DNA of 64,000 nt from Verrucomicrobiia bacterium (GTDB taxonomy: Bacteria > Verrucomicrobiota > Verrucomicrobiia > Limisphaerales > UBA1319), in contig OY760937.1 in assembly GCA_963664225.1 (NCBI GenBank), positions 352,001 to 416,000 on the forward strand, in the 5' to 3' direction. The position numbers and the translations under genes are program-made. This document shows, in pieces, positions 10,102 through 19,617 of this stretch. Numbering within the stretch: the first letter of the stretch is position 1; every line of letters starts with the position of its first letter. A model generated the notes under the pieces. The model worked only from the letters and a program-made list of their open reading frames with translations, made no database searches and had not been told where the DNA came from.

Positions 10102-11511
10102 ATGTCGCGACCAATGAAATCGCAGTGGGAATTTGGTGAGCTGTTTCCGGCGGAATCCACGCGCAAGGTGTGGACCGTCGGAGAGATCACCACGTCCATC
10201 AAACGCGTGCTGGAAACCCAGATCGGCCTGGTCTGGGTGACCGGTGAGGTGAGTAATTTTCGCGCGCAAAGCTCCGGTCACGCCTATTTTTCGCTCAAGG
10301 ACAATAACGGACAGTTGAGCTGCGTACTTTTTCGGGGGACGGCCTCCGCCGAAAAGGACCTGTTAAAGGATGGTCAAAAGGTCGTGGTACAAGGCGACCT
10401 GACCGTTTATGAGCCGCGCGGCCAGTATCAACTGGTGGTGCGGCGTGTGGAATTACAGGGTGTGGGCGCGCTGCAACTGGCCTTCGAACGCCTCAAGCAA
10501 AAGCTCGCCGCGGAGGGTTTGTTCGATCCGGCGCGCAAACGGCCCATCCCGAAGTTTCCGCGCTGTCTGGGTCTGGTGACTTCACCGACCGGGGCGGCGA
10601 TCCGGGATGTCCTGCATGTCGTGGCCCGACGAAATCCATCGTTGTCGATTGTGCTGGCGCCCAGCCGCGTGCAGGGAATCGGCGCGGCGGAGGACATTGC
10701 CGCAGCGGTGGGCTTGCTGAATGAATGGGCGGTGACGGCTCCCGAGAGCCAGAGGCCGGAATTGATTCTGGTGACGCGGGGTGGGGGAAGCCTCGAGGAT
10801 CTGTGGTCTTTCAACGAGGAAGTGGTGGCTCGAGCCATTGCGGGATCGCAGCTTCCGGTGGTTACTGCGGTGGGGCACGAGATCGATTTTACCATCAGCG
10901 ATTTTGTGGCGGACTTGAGGGCGGCCACGCCCAGCGCGGCGGCGGAAATCATCACGGAAGGAATGTTCGCCAGTAGTGCTGTCGTGGTGCAGGCGCGTGA
11001 ACGCATTGCCTGGCTGGCGCGCAGACGCTGGAAGGAAGAGGCGGAGGGTTTGGAACAGTGGTGCCGACGTCTGGGACGGGCGCATCCCCGGCGGCGGCTG
11101 AATGAAAACTGGCAGCGGATGGATGATTTGGAGGCGGGGCTGAGCAGGGCATGGACGCGTCGCGTGAAAGAGTTCAGCGGGCGGCTGGGGGAATTGCGGG
11201 CGCGGCTGCAACGGGCGCGCCCATCGGCGGCGCTGGCCCGGAGCCGGTCGGCATTGGCGCAGGCGGTTCAACGGCTGGAGGAACATTTGCGCGTGCAATG
11301 GGAGGCCCGGCGGGGCGCGCTGGCACAGGCGCACGCACGTTTGCGTTTGCTATCACCGGAGAATGTTCTTGAGCGCGGCTACTCGATCACCATGGATGAT
11401 GCCACTGGGAGAGTGATCCGCGACTCTGGCGAAGTGATCGCGGGTCAACGGATCAAAACGCGGCTCAAGAAAGGCACCGTCCGCAGTGTGGTGGAGAATG
11501 CGGGTGAGTGA
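10102..11511 (+). CDS. xseA: Exodeoxyribonuclease VII large subunit
   Basis: SGHAYFSLKD, RGGGSLEDLWSFNEE, VGHEIDFTISDFVAD, LERGYS. Confidence 0.97.
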   Translation: MSRPMKSQWEFGELFPAESTRKVWTVGEITTSIKRVLETQIGLVWVTGEVSNFRAQSSGHAYFSLKDNNGQLSCVLFRGTASAEKDLLKDGQKVVVQGDLTVYEPRGQYQLVVRRVELQGVGALQLAFERLKQKLAAEGLFDPARKRPIPKFPRCLGLVTSPTGAAIRDVLHVVARRNPSLSIVLAPSRVQGIGAAEDIAAAVGLLNEWAVTAPESQRPELILVTRGGGSLEDLWSFNEEVVARAIAGSQLPVVTAVGHEIDFTISDFVADLRAATPSAAAEIITEGMFASSAVVVQARERIAWLARRRWKEEAEGLEQWCRRLGRAHPRRRLNENWQRMDDLEAGLSRAWTRRVKEFSGRLGELRARLQRARPSAALARSRSALAQAVQRLEEHLRVQWEARRGALAQAHARLRLLSPENVLERGYSITMDDATGRVIRDSGEVIAGQRIKTRLKKGTVRSVVENAGE

Positions 11512-11560
11512 GGCGATGTTTTTGATTTAAACGCAGGCCGCTGCCCTTTACAGTTGCGGC

Positions 11561-13609
11561 ATGAAATTAAATTACAACTCGCCGTCAGCCCTCTGCGCAG
11601 GGATTAGAGGCGTATTACTTGCGTTGCTTTTATTCGGAGTATTCCATTTTTCCAGTGGCGCGCGTGCGGCGGAACCGGGGTATCGAGATTTGTTCCCAGA
11701 TACGTGGGTGGCCACCGATGCCCTTGGCCGAAACATGCCGACCTTCCCCATCGTGGGTCCGGTGAAAAAAGACCAGCAGCGCGTGGTGGGGATTTTCTAT
11801 ATCACCTGGCACAGCGGTCCACTGTCCACGCTCAAGAGCCCATATACTGCGGATGTGAGCAAGGTTCTTGCCCGTGATCCCAAGGCACGCCTGGACGCCA
11901 AACACCCGGGTTGGACAGAGGGTTCCTACCATTGGGGTGAACCGGAGATGGGCTATTTCCTGAGCCGGGACGAGTATGTCATTCGCAAGGACATGTCCAT
12001 GCTCGCCGATGCGGGGGTGGATGTCCTGGTCATGGATGTCACCAACGCGGTGCGCTACTGGGACGAGTGGGAAACGCTCTTTACAGTGATGGAGAAGATG
12101 AAAGCCGAAGGCAACAAGGTACCGCAATTTTGTTTTTGGGCGTTCAACGGCCCCGTCGTCACGGTGGTGCAGGACCTGTATGACCGTTATTTCAAGGTGG
12201 GGAAATTCAAGGACCTGTGGTTCATCTGGGATGGCAAACCGCTTTTGCTCTATAATGGCAATCCCGCATTCGATGCCAACGGTCAGGGCGTCCAGAATCC
12301 CAATCCCCATTTCGATGCCGCCGCGAAGACCGACAAGAACCATCCGCATTATGGCGACCCCGACTTTACCGAGCCGTTTTACAAGGATTACAGCAAGGAA
12401 ATCAAAAACTTCTTCACGTTGCGCACCATGTGGTGGGGTTATCATGATTGGGCCGGGAAGCGCTTCGTCGGCACCGAGGACAACTGGAGCTTCGGGTTGG
12501 ACCTGGGCGATAACAAGGTCAAGGCGATGAATCCCGACGACCTGGTTTCACGACACAACGGCAAAAAAGAGGAGGCGGCCGTCACGCCCGCGCAGCACCC
12601 CTCCAGCCTCGTGGGCAAGTCCTGGTCCCGTGAATCCGGTGAGCCAACCCTGAATGAATTCGATCTGCCCAATCCGACGCTGGTGCCGTGGCTGGGCAAA
12701 ACGGTGGAGCACCCGGAAGGTTACGGAATTTACTTTCAGCAGCGATGGGATGAAGCCCTCAAGAGCGATCCACCGTTCCTATACATCAACGATTGGAATG
12801 AATGGACCGCAGGCAAATATCCACCCACGGGCGCGCCCACCACAAAGTTCATGCGCCGGGACAGCACTTACTTTTTCGTGGACCAATATAATCCCGAGTT
12901 CAATCGCTGCATCCAGCCGATGAAGGGCGGTTATACGGATAATTATTACATGCAGATGGCCCAGAATATCCGACGCTACAAAGGCATCCGCCCCATTCCC
13001 GAATTGATCGGAACAAGCCAGATCAAAGTGGACGGAAACTTTGCAGACTGGGCGGGCGCCACCGTGGAATATCGTGACACCGTGGGGGACACCTTCCATC
13101 GCGACTATAAGGGCTATGGTGGACTGCATTACACGAATGACACGGGACGCAACGACATCATCACCAGCAAGGTGGCTGTCGATCGTTCCACCGTTAATTT
13201 CTACGTGGAAACTCAGGAGACGATGACACCGCATACCGGTTCAAACTGGATGCTTCTGTTCATCGACGCCGACAACAATCCCAATACCGGTTGGTATGGC
13301 TATGATTACGTGATCAATAAACGGGTGATCGATGACAAGGCCACAGCGATTTCGCGATACGATTCCAAGGCGAATGGTGGTTCCTGGATCGAAGTGGCGC
13401 AGCTCAATTACCGTTACTCGGGCAAACAATTGGAACTGGCCGTGCCGCGCAAACTTTTGGGAATGAAAGGGGACGCTTTTACGTTCGATTTTCATTGGTG
13501 CGACAATCCAACGGATTTGAAGGATCCGATTTCCCTGTGCACCAGCGGGGACAGCGCGCCAAACCGTCGGTTTAATTACCGCTGCATCTGGAAGCTGAAA
13601 GGGACTTGA
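11561..13609 (+). CDS. Secreted putative glycoside hydrolase (GH71/GH99-like barrel plus C-terminal beta domain)
   Basis: Signal peptide, HWGEPEMGY, LADAGVD, DGKPLL, WNEW motifs. Confidence 0.6.
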   Translation: MKLNYNSPSALCAGIRGVLLALLLFGVFHFSSGARAAEPGYRDLFPDTWVATDALGRNMPTFPIVGPVKKDQQRVVGIFYITWHSGPLSTLKSPYTADVSKVLARDPKARLDAKHPGWTEGSYHWGEPEMGYFLSRDEYVIRKDMSMLADAGVDVLVMDVTNAVRYWDEWETLFTVMEKMKAEGNKVPQFCFWAFNGPVVTVVQDLYDRYFKVGKFKDLWFIWDGKPLLLYNGNPAFDANGQGVQNPNPHFDAAAKTDKNHPHYGDPDFTEPFYKDYSKEIKNFFTLRTMWWGYHDWAGKRFVGTEDNWSFGLDLGDNKVKAMNPDDLVSRHNGKKEEAAVTPAQHPSSLVGKSWSRESGEPTLNEFDLPNPTLVPWLGKTVEHPEGYGIYFQQRWDEALKSDPPFLYINDWNEWTAGKYPPTGAPTTKFMRRDSTYFFVDQYNPEFNRCIQPMKGGYTDNYYMQMAQNIRRYKGIRPIPELIGTSQIKVDGNFADWAGATVEYRDTVGDTFHRDYKGYGGLHYTNDTGRNDIITSKVAVDRSTVNFYVETQETMTPHTGSNWMLLFIDADNNPNTGWYGYDYVINKRVIDDKATAISRYDSKANGGSWIEVAQLNYRYSGKQLELAVPRKLLGMKGDAFTFDFHWCDNPTDLKDPISLCTSGDSAPNRRFNYRCIWKLKGT

Positions 13610-14059
13610 ATTGTTGTCTGGCGAAGGGGCAAAACCCTTTGAATACCGGAGGAACCAAAACCGCCTTCGGATTTGTTGCAGGTAGAGCAAACGCATGATG
13701 ACTGGCGAGTGAATCGCTCCAAGGGTGCTTTTTTGGCGATAGTCACAGAGCTTCTTTTGACTACAACGATAAAGTAACCTAACAGGATGCGCGTGCTCCT
13801 TTGCGGTCATGTGTGACACAAATCCACCTGGTTTTTCAATGTGCTGTTTAACTTGTATCTTATTCGGGCTTAAATTTTTTTGAAAAATTCTTTTGCGTAA
13901 GTTGAAATAAAAGAGGAAGATGGTGTGCGACTGGTCGAGATTTCGATTTCAAGAACTGGAAGATCTTCAGGTGAACTTGTGTTCAGTGATGATTTGAAAC
14001 CCGTGATTGGGGACAGTCCGTGAAGCATCGGTCAGTCTGAGTAAATACAAGTAATCAGC

Positions 14060-14455
14060 ATGAACACGAAATTATTTGTGGGAAATCTCTCCTACAATGT
14101 CACTGAAAATGATCTTCAGGATCTCTTCGCCCAGCACGGCCCGGTCAGCGAAGTCAATCTGATGATGGATCGCATGAGCGGACGCCCCCGTGGGTTTGCG
14201 TTCGTCACGATGGGGACGGAAGAAGCGGCCCAGGCAGCGATCGAAGCGCTGAATGGCAAGCCGTTGGATGGTCGCAACCTGACCGTGAACGAAGCCCGTC
14301 CTCGTGAAGAGGGTGCCGGTCGTTCATTCGGTGGTGGCGGCGGTGGTGGTGGACGCGGCGGTGATCGCGGTGGTGACCGCGGCGGTCGTGGTGGTGACCG
14401 CGGCGGAAGCGGTGGTGGTAGCGGCGGGCCTCGTCGTTCCCAAAGTCGCTACTAA
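14060..14455 (+). CDS. RRM RNA-binding protein with Gly/RGG tail
   Basis: RNP2 LFVGNL, RNP1 [12 protein letters not shown] repeats. Confidence 0.93.
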   Translation: MNTKLFVGNLSYNVTENDLQDLFAQHGPVSEVNLMMDRMSGRPRGFAFVTMGTEEAAQAAIEALNGKPLDGRNLTVNEARPREEGAGRSFGGGGGGGGRGGDRGGDRGGRGGDRGGSGGGSGGPRRSQSRY

Positions 14456-14481
14456 GTAAAACTTTTTAGCTTTGCAAGCAG

Positions 14482-14512
14482 GAGAGCCTCGATTTTCGGG
14501 GCTCTTTTTTTT
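14482..14512 (+). terminator. Rho-independent terminator
   Basis: AGAGCCTCG-atttt-CGGGGCTCT followed by a T-run. Confidence 0.8.
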
Positions 14513-14571
14513 GCCCGGACATCAAGCCTGGCCGGGCTTTACAGCCGGAATTCCTCGTTCATAATGACTGC

Positions 14572-15981
14572 ATGCCAAGTCCAGTCATCGATATAGCCCG
14601 GATGCGCGCGTGGGAGATACTTTCGTGGGAGCAAGTCATGAAAGAGGAGGAAGTCATTGCCCGCGCCGGGGGATGCGTGGCTGCGTGCGCGGAACGCCTG
14701 ACGCCGTCTGGCGGACGGATCGTGATCCTGGCCGGTCGCGGGCATAACGGGGATGATGCGCGGCAGGCGGGGCTTCAGATAACCAATCGGGATATCAGCG
14801 TCGTGGCGGCCAACTCACCGGAAGAGGTACTTGAGGAATTGGTCCGCCTCCTGGCGAAGCGTCCGGCGCTGTTGATCGACGGCTTGTTTGGCATCGGCCT
14901 CAATCGGGAGTTAAGCCCGGCCTGGGTGCGCCTTATAGAACATATCAATGCGAGTGGCGTTCCCATTCTGGCGGTGGACACGCCGTCGGGTTTGAACGCG
15001 GACACCGGCCTGCCAATGGGTGCATCAGTGCAGGCCACGGTGACGATTACTTTTGGCGCGCCCAAAATCGGTTTGCTTGCAACCTCTGCGGAACCTTTTG
15101 TCGGACGTTTGGAAGTGGCCCCTGAAATTGGCCTTGTGCCTTGTCCGTTCCAAACGGAGTTGAATTGGACGCTGCCCTCGGATTTTGACGGCTATCCACC
15201 GGCGCGTTCAGCCTCAGGACACAAGGGGACTTATGGGCACGCGGGCATCATCGCAGGGAGCCTGGGGTATCACGGGGCAGGGGTGCTGGCGGCGCGTGGC
15301 GCGTTGCGGGCGCGTCCGGGGCTGGTGTCTCTGGCGACCATGCCCGCAGTCTATGTGCCTGTGGCGGGTCAGCTTCAGGCAGCCATGGTTGCCCCGTGGA
15401 GAGCCGGGATGGTGTGGCCTGAGTCCGTGACCGCAATTCTGGCCGGTCCGGGACTGGCCGCGCCGGGATTGCCTGAAAACTTGAAAGCCCAAATCCGCGA
15501 GGCCTGGTGCAAGGAATCTCGGGCCATGATTGTCGATGCCACCGCTCTGGATTGGCTTCCCAAATGCAAGGCGGGCGCCATGGAAAACAATTCCCCGCGC
15601 GTGATTACACCGCATCCGGGTGAAGCGGCGCGGATGCTCGGGATCTCCACGGGCGAAGTGCAGAAGGACCGTCCGGGCGCGGTGCGCACTCTTTCGCGAC
15701 TGTATGGCGATTGTTGGGTCGTGCTGAAAGGACACCAGACCCTCATCGGGCGCAGCGAAGGGCCGTTGTTCATCAATTCCACGGGCAATCCCGGAATGGC
15801 CCAGGGCGGCAGTGGGGATATCCTGGCAGGATTTTTGGCGGGATTACTAGCGCAACCGGGGTTGAATAAGAAACCAGAAATGGCCATTCGGCATGCGGTC
15901 TGGCGGCACGGACAGCGCGCGGATGCGCTTGAAGAAACCGGGCGGAATTGGACGATCGAAGAACTTGTGAGCGGTCTTTAA
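14572..15981 (+). CDS. nnr: Bifunctional NAD(P)H-hydrate epimerase/dehydratase
   Basis: GRGHNGDD, DGLFGIG, AVDTPSG, ITPHPGEA, GGSGDILAG. Confidence 0.9.
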   Translation: MPSPVIDIARMRAWEILSWEQVMKEEEVIARAGGCVAACAERLTPSGGRIVILAGRGHNGDDARQAGLQITNRDISVVAANSPEEVLEELVRLLAKRPALLIDGLFGIGLNRELSPAWVRLIEHINASGVPILAVDTPSGLNADTGLPMGASVQATVTITFGAPKIGLLATSAEPFVGRLEVAPEIGLVPCPFQTELNWTLPSDFDGYPPARSASGHKGTYGHAGIIAGSLGYHGAGVLAARGALRARPGLVSLATMPAVYVPVAGQLQAAMVAPWRAGMVWPESVTAILAGPGLAAPGLPENLKAQIREAWCKESRAMIVDATALDWLPKCKAGAMENNSPRVITPHPGEAARMLGISTGEVQKDRPGAVRTLSRLYGDCWVVLKGHQTLIGRSEGPLFINSTGNPGMAQGGSGDILAGFLAGLLAQPGLNKKPEMAIRHAVWRHGQRADALEETGRNWTIEELVSGL

Positions 15982-16077
15982 TGGTCACTGGCAACCGTGA
16001 CGGCCAATCAGGTCGGTTTTTTTGGCCGGACACAATTTCTTGAAGAACGGTCGGTTATGGACCAGACTGTCCGTTGC

Positions 16078-17646
16078 ATGAGCAAGAGATTTTATCTGAC
16101 CACGGCCATTGATTATGTGAATGGCCAACCGCATTTGGGGCACGCCTATGAGAAGATCATCACGGATGTGATGGCGCGGGCCCAGCGAAGTGCGGGCGCC
16201 GAGGTGTTCTTTCTGACGGGCGCGGACGAGCACGGCCAAAAGGTGCAGCAGGCGGCGCACGCGGAAGGCAGGGCGGCGCAGGAGTATTGCGACGGGTTGG
16301 CGGCAACGTGGCAGGCCTTTGTCGCCCGGCTCGATGTGACCAACGACGATTACGTGCGCACCACCCAGCCGCGACACAAGGAAGTGGTTCAGGCAATTCT
16401 TTCCAAGCTTTACGCGGAGGGCCAGTTCTACAAGGCACCTTACCGGGGCTTTTATTCCACCAAGGAAGAGACCTTCCTGACGGAAAAGGACCGCCGCCCG
16501 GACGGCAACTTCGATCCTTCCTACGGCGAGGTGGTGGAGCTGGTGGAGGAGAATTATTATTTCAAGCTCAAGGACCATCAGCAGTGGTTGATCGATTATA
16601 TCGAGAGCCATCCGGACTTCATTTTTCCCGAGAACCGCAAAAACGAAGTGCTCGGTTTTCTGAAGAACAACACGCTGGAGGATTTGTGCATCAGCCGTCC
16701 GTCCTCGCGGTTGAGCTGGGGTATCCCGCTGCCGTTCGATCCGACCTACGTGACGTATGTCTGGTTCGACGCGTTAAGCAATTACGTCACGCTTCCGGCG
16801 GCATTGGGCGATCCGCTCCTTTGCAAGGCGCTCGGATGCGGGGCCGGAAAACCGGTGGGGCCGGAGCTCTGGCCTGCCGACAAACAGGTCATCGGCAAGG
16901 ACATTGTGAAGTTTCACGCCGTTTATTGGCCGATCATGCTCAAGGCCATGGGCGTGCCCCTGCCCAAACAGCTCGTGGTTCACGGCTGGTGGCAGAAGGA
17001 CGGCCAGAAGATGAGCAAGAGCACCGGCAACGTGGTCGATCCGCTCGCCGTGGTCAATGAGTGGGGCGTGGACGCTTTTCGTTATTACGTCGTGCGCGAA
17101 CTGGCCATTGGACCGGACGGCAACTGGACCGATGCGGGATTCTCCGCGCGCTATCATGCCGAGTTGGCCAATGGGCTTGGCAACCTGTTGAATCGTTCGC
17201 TCTCCATGCTCAACCGCTACCGCAAGGGCGTGGTGCCGCAGCCTTCCTCAGAGCTGGCGAAGGACGCCGAAAAAGCGGCTGCGGAATCGTGGGCCGCGAT
17301 CGAGAAAAACGAATTGCAGGACGCGCTGGTGAGCATTTGGGGGCTCGTCAACCGGGCCAACCAATATGTAGATCAGACCGCGCCATTCAAGATGGCCAAG
17401 GACCCGGCCCAGAGCGCGCGCCTGGACGAGGTGCTTTACAATCTGGCGGAATCCTGCCGCATTCTGGCTGTATTGCTGTGGCCGTTCATTCCCGGCACCT
17501 CGGCCAGGATTTACGCCCAGCTGAATCTCAAGACCACGCCGGATAAGCGCTCAGAGGCCCAATGGGGCGGACTGGTCGCTGGCCATGTCATCGGCGCGCC
17601 GGAGGCCTTGTTTCCGCGCAGAGACCAGCCCGCCGCAGGGAAATAA
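16078..17646 (+). CDS. metG: Methionine--tRNA ligase (short form)
   Basis: YVNGQPHLGH (HIGH), KMSKS, YVWFDAL; start taken at MSKRFY. Confidence 0.95.
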   Translation: MSKRFYLTTAIDYVNGQPHLGHAYEKIITDVMARAQRSAGAEVFFLTGADEHGQKVQQAAHAEGRAAQEYCDGLAATWQAFVARLDVTNDDYVRTTQPRHKEVVQAILSKLYAEGQFYKAPYRGFYSTKEETFLTEKDRRPDGNFDPSYGEVVELVEENYYFKLKDHQQWLIDYIESHPDFIFPENRKNEVLGFLKNNTLEDLCISRPSSRLSWGIPLPFDPTYVTYVWFDALSNYVTLPAALGDPLLCKALGCGAGKPVGPELWPADKQVIGKDIVKFHAVYWPIMLKAMGVPLPKQLVVHGWWQKDGQKMSKSTGNVVDPLAVVNEWGVDAFRYYVVRELAIGPDGNWTDAGFSARYHAELANGLGNLLNRSLSMLNRYRKGVVPQPSSELAKDAEKAAAESWAAIEKNELQDALVSIWGLVNRANQYVDQTAPFKMAKDPAQSARLDEVLYNLAESCRILAVLLWPFIPGTSARIYAQLNLKTTPDKRSEAQWGGLVAGHVIGAPEALFPRRDQPAAGK

Positions 17647-19279
17647 ACAGGCCCCCGGGACCGGTTTGAATGGAAAAAGCGAATGGATTGCAAAATCGGC
17701 TTGCGAAATGCCGTGGGCATGGTTGAATGTGGTCCTTGGTTGCGCTTATGGTGGAATTGGCAGACACGCTACTTTGAGGTGGTAGTGGGGTAACCCGTGC
17801 AGGTTCAAGTCCTGCTAAGCGCACCACTCCACCACTCAACGATTTTTCGACGAGTGTTGACCACGGTTTGACGCAATAACCACGGGCTTTTTTGCAGTCG
17901 AGGACCAGGTTCGAGCCGAAGACTTTCAAGGCGAGATCCCTCTTCTCTTGAAGAGAACCCGAAACAGCGATTTGACCCGCGTTTTTAGCGGTTATTATCC
18001 AATTTTGGAACGGTTCGAGCCAATCGACGCGTCCTGCCGCCTGAGCGACCTTTTGCTCTTCCAAAGTCTTCTTTTGGCTCATCAATTTGGCCTTTTCTGC
18101 TGTGAATGTCTCCCGGTCGATGAGTTCATCCAAAAAAGTGTCGAGCAGCTTCTGGAGGCGAAGATTGAGCTTTTGGATTTCGGCTCTTTTTTGCTCCGCC
18201 AATTGCGCCGCCGATTGGGTGGACTCGCTTTTCTCCTTCTTGACCAGTTCAAGCATCGTATCCGCCCAGTCGGCAGGCATGGCAAATGGCGTCAGGAGCG
18301 CCGAAATCTCGGCGTTAAGGGCTTCTTCGCGAATGTAAGGCTGTTCGCACCATGAATTTAGGCGGCCTTTCTTGGTGCAGCGATAATAGGTGTGGCCTTT
18401 CTGAATTTCAGCGGTGATGGTGCCTCCACAGGTGGCGCAGTGCAGAAGGCCCATAAACGGCTTTGAGACGGTTTTCTTCTCCAGGGGTGAGAATCGCCAC
18501 CTGCGTTTGAAAATCGCATCGACCTTGTCAAAGAGGGCTTTGGATATGATCGGCTGGTGTGTGCCTTCATAAACATCGCCCTTGTAGCGGAAATGACCGT
18601 AATAGAAGGAATTCGAGAGCAATGACGATACGTATGTGCGGATGAGGGTGTGTCCGGTACGAGAAAAAACGCCACGCTCCGCGAAAAACGTTCGAATCGT
18701 GTCGATTGTGGCGTTTCCTGTGGCGTAAAGCTCAAATGCCTCTTTGATAATCGGGGCTCGCTCCTTGTCGATGATGATTTTCTTGGTGCGATAATCGTTC
18801 AGATAGCCGATGGGGGCACGACCAGGAAACTCACCGCGCCTGAGTTTTTCGCGAAGTCCGCGCTTGGTGTTCTCCGCAAGCGAGTCCACGTAGTATTTGC
18901 TCTGGCCGAACATGATGTTGAGCATGAATTTGCCCTGCGGGTCAGATTCAAAACGGAAGGTTGGAAATCGGAGAGTTTTAATTTTGCCGGTGTCGAGGAG
19001 ATATATTATTTGCCCGCCATCGATGCTGTTGCGGGCCAGACGGTCGGGATGCCAGGAGAGAATTCCATCGGCTTCACCTGCCTCGATACGGGAGATCATA
19101 TCATTGAAAATCACCCTTCCTGGTGATTTTGCCGACTGCTTCTCGATCATCTCGGCAACAACTCTTATGTGCTCGCGTTGCGCGAATTCGCGCAATTCAG
19201 CGAGTTGGGCTTCGATGGAGAGAACCTGCTTGTCCTCGGCATCGGTGGATTTTCTCGCATAGAGGAAAAGGTTATTCAT
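17588..19279 (-). CDS. Large serine recombinase (integrase); att site inside its 3' end
   Basis: YARKS catalytic Ser, DRLARN, CATCG...YYRC zinc ribbon, coiled coil; after V486 the frame reads through antisense tRNA (RLAGLEPAR). Confidence 0.95.
   Translation of the reverse strand: MNNLFLYARKSTDAEDKQVLSIEAQLAELREFAQREHIRVVAEMIEKQSAKSPGRVIFNDMISRIEAGEADGILSWHPDRLARNSIDGGQIIYLLDTGKIKTLRFPTFRFESDPQGKFMLNIMFGQSKYYVDSLAENTKRGLREKLRRGEFPGRAPIGYLNDYRTKKIIIDKERAPIIKEAFELYATGNATIDTIRTFFAERGVFSRTGHTLIRTYVSSLLSNSFYYGHFRYKGDVYEGTHQPIISKALFDKVDAIFKRRWRFSPLEKKTVSKPFMGLLHCATCGGTITAEIQKGHTYYRCTKKGRLNSWCEQPYIREEALNAEISALLTPFAMPADWADTMLELVKKEKSESTQSAAQLAEQKRAEIQKLNLRLQKLLDTFLDELIDRETFTAEKAKLMSQKKTLEEQKVAQAAGRVDWLEPFQNWIITAKNAGQIAVSGSLQEKRDLALKVFGSNLVLDCKKARGYCVKPWSTLVEKSLSGGVVRLAGLEPARVTPLPPQSSVSANSTISATKDHIQPCPRHFASRFCNPFAFSIQTGPGGLFISLRRAGLCAETRPPARR
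17742..17826 (+). tRNA. tRNA-Leu (anticodon GAG), integration target
   Basis: GCGCTTA/TAAGCGC acceptor stem, CTACT-TTGAGGT-GGTAG anticodon arm, long variable arm, GGTTCAAGTCC T arm, encoded CCA. Confidence 0.97.
17821..17905. repeat. attL arm; 85-bp inverted repeat of 19618-19702
   Basis: Reverse complement matches 19618-19702 by eye. Confidence 0.95.
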
Positions 19280-19300
19280 GGCATCTGAATATTAGCGCAA

Positions 19301-19323
19301 TATGCTTGCTCGTGCAAGCATAT
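19301..19323. promoter_or_regulatory. Perfect inverted repeat just upstream of the integrase start (operator or hairpin)
   Basis: ATATGCTTGC-tcgt-GCAAGCATAT. Confidence 0.55.
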
Positions 19324-19351
19324 CAATAATTGAAACGACTCGACGACTGTA

Positions 19352-19513
19352 TCATCCCCGATCCCAGCGGGCGCGGGCCGCCAACTTGGCTATTCGTGAG
19401 CGCGCCTTCGCTGACAACTTTGCAGCGCGCGCTTGCCCTCCTTTGGAGGCACCAAGTTTCGAGAGCGCAACCGCTGCCGGGTTTTTCTTCTTTGATTGTG
19501 ATTCTCCAGACAT
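19352..19513 (-). CDS. 53-aa basic protein (histone H1-like/KGG-type, not in ORF track)
   Basis: Hand translation MSGESQSKKKNPAAVALSKLGASKGGQARAAKLSAKARSRIAKLAARARWDRG*. Confidence 0.75.
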   Translation of the reverse strand: MSGESQSKKKNPAAVALSKLGASKGGQARAAKLSAKARSRIAKLAARARWDRG

Positions 19514-19617
19514 GATTATGAAGTAGTATAAATGTTGTTGCGAGTAAACGCTAGTGGCGCAACAAATCGTTTCGGATTCTATCGGTTCTTAAACCGTGGT
19601 CAAATCGCAACTCGTCT

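Noticed and set aside
14330..14430. GGT/GGC-rich repeat
   Set aside because: Encodes the Gly/RGG tail of the RRM protein; ordinary
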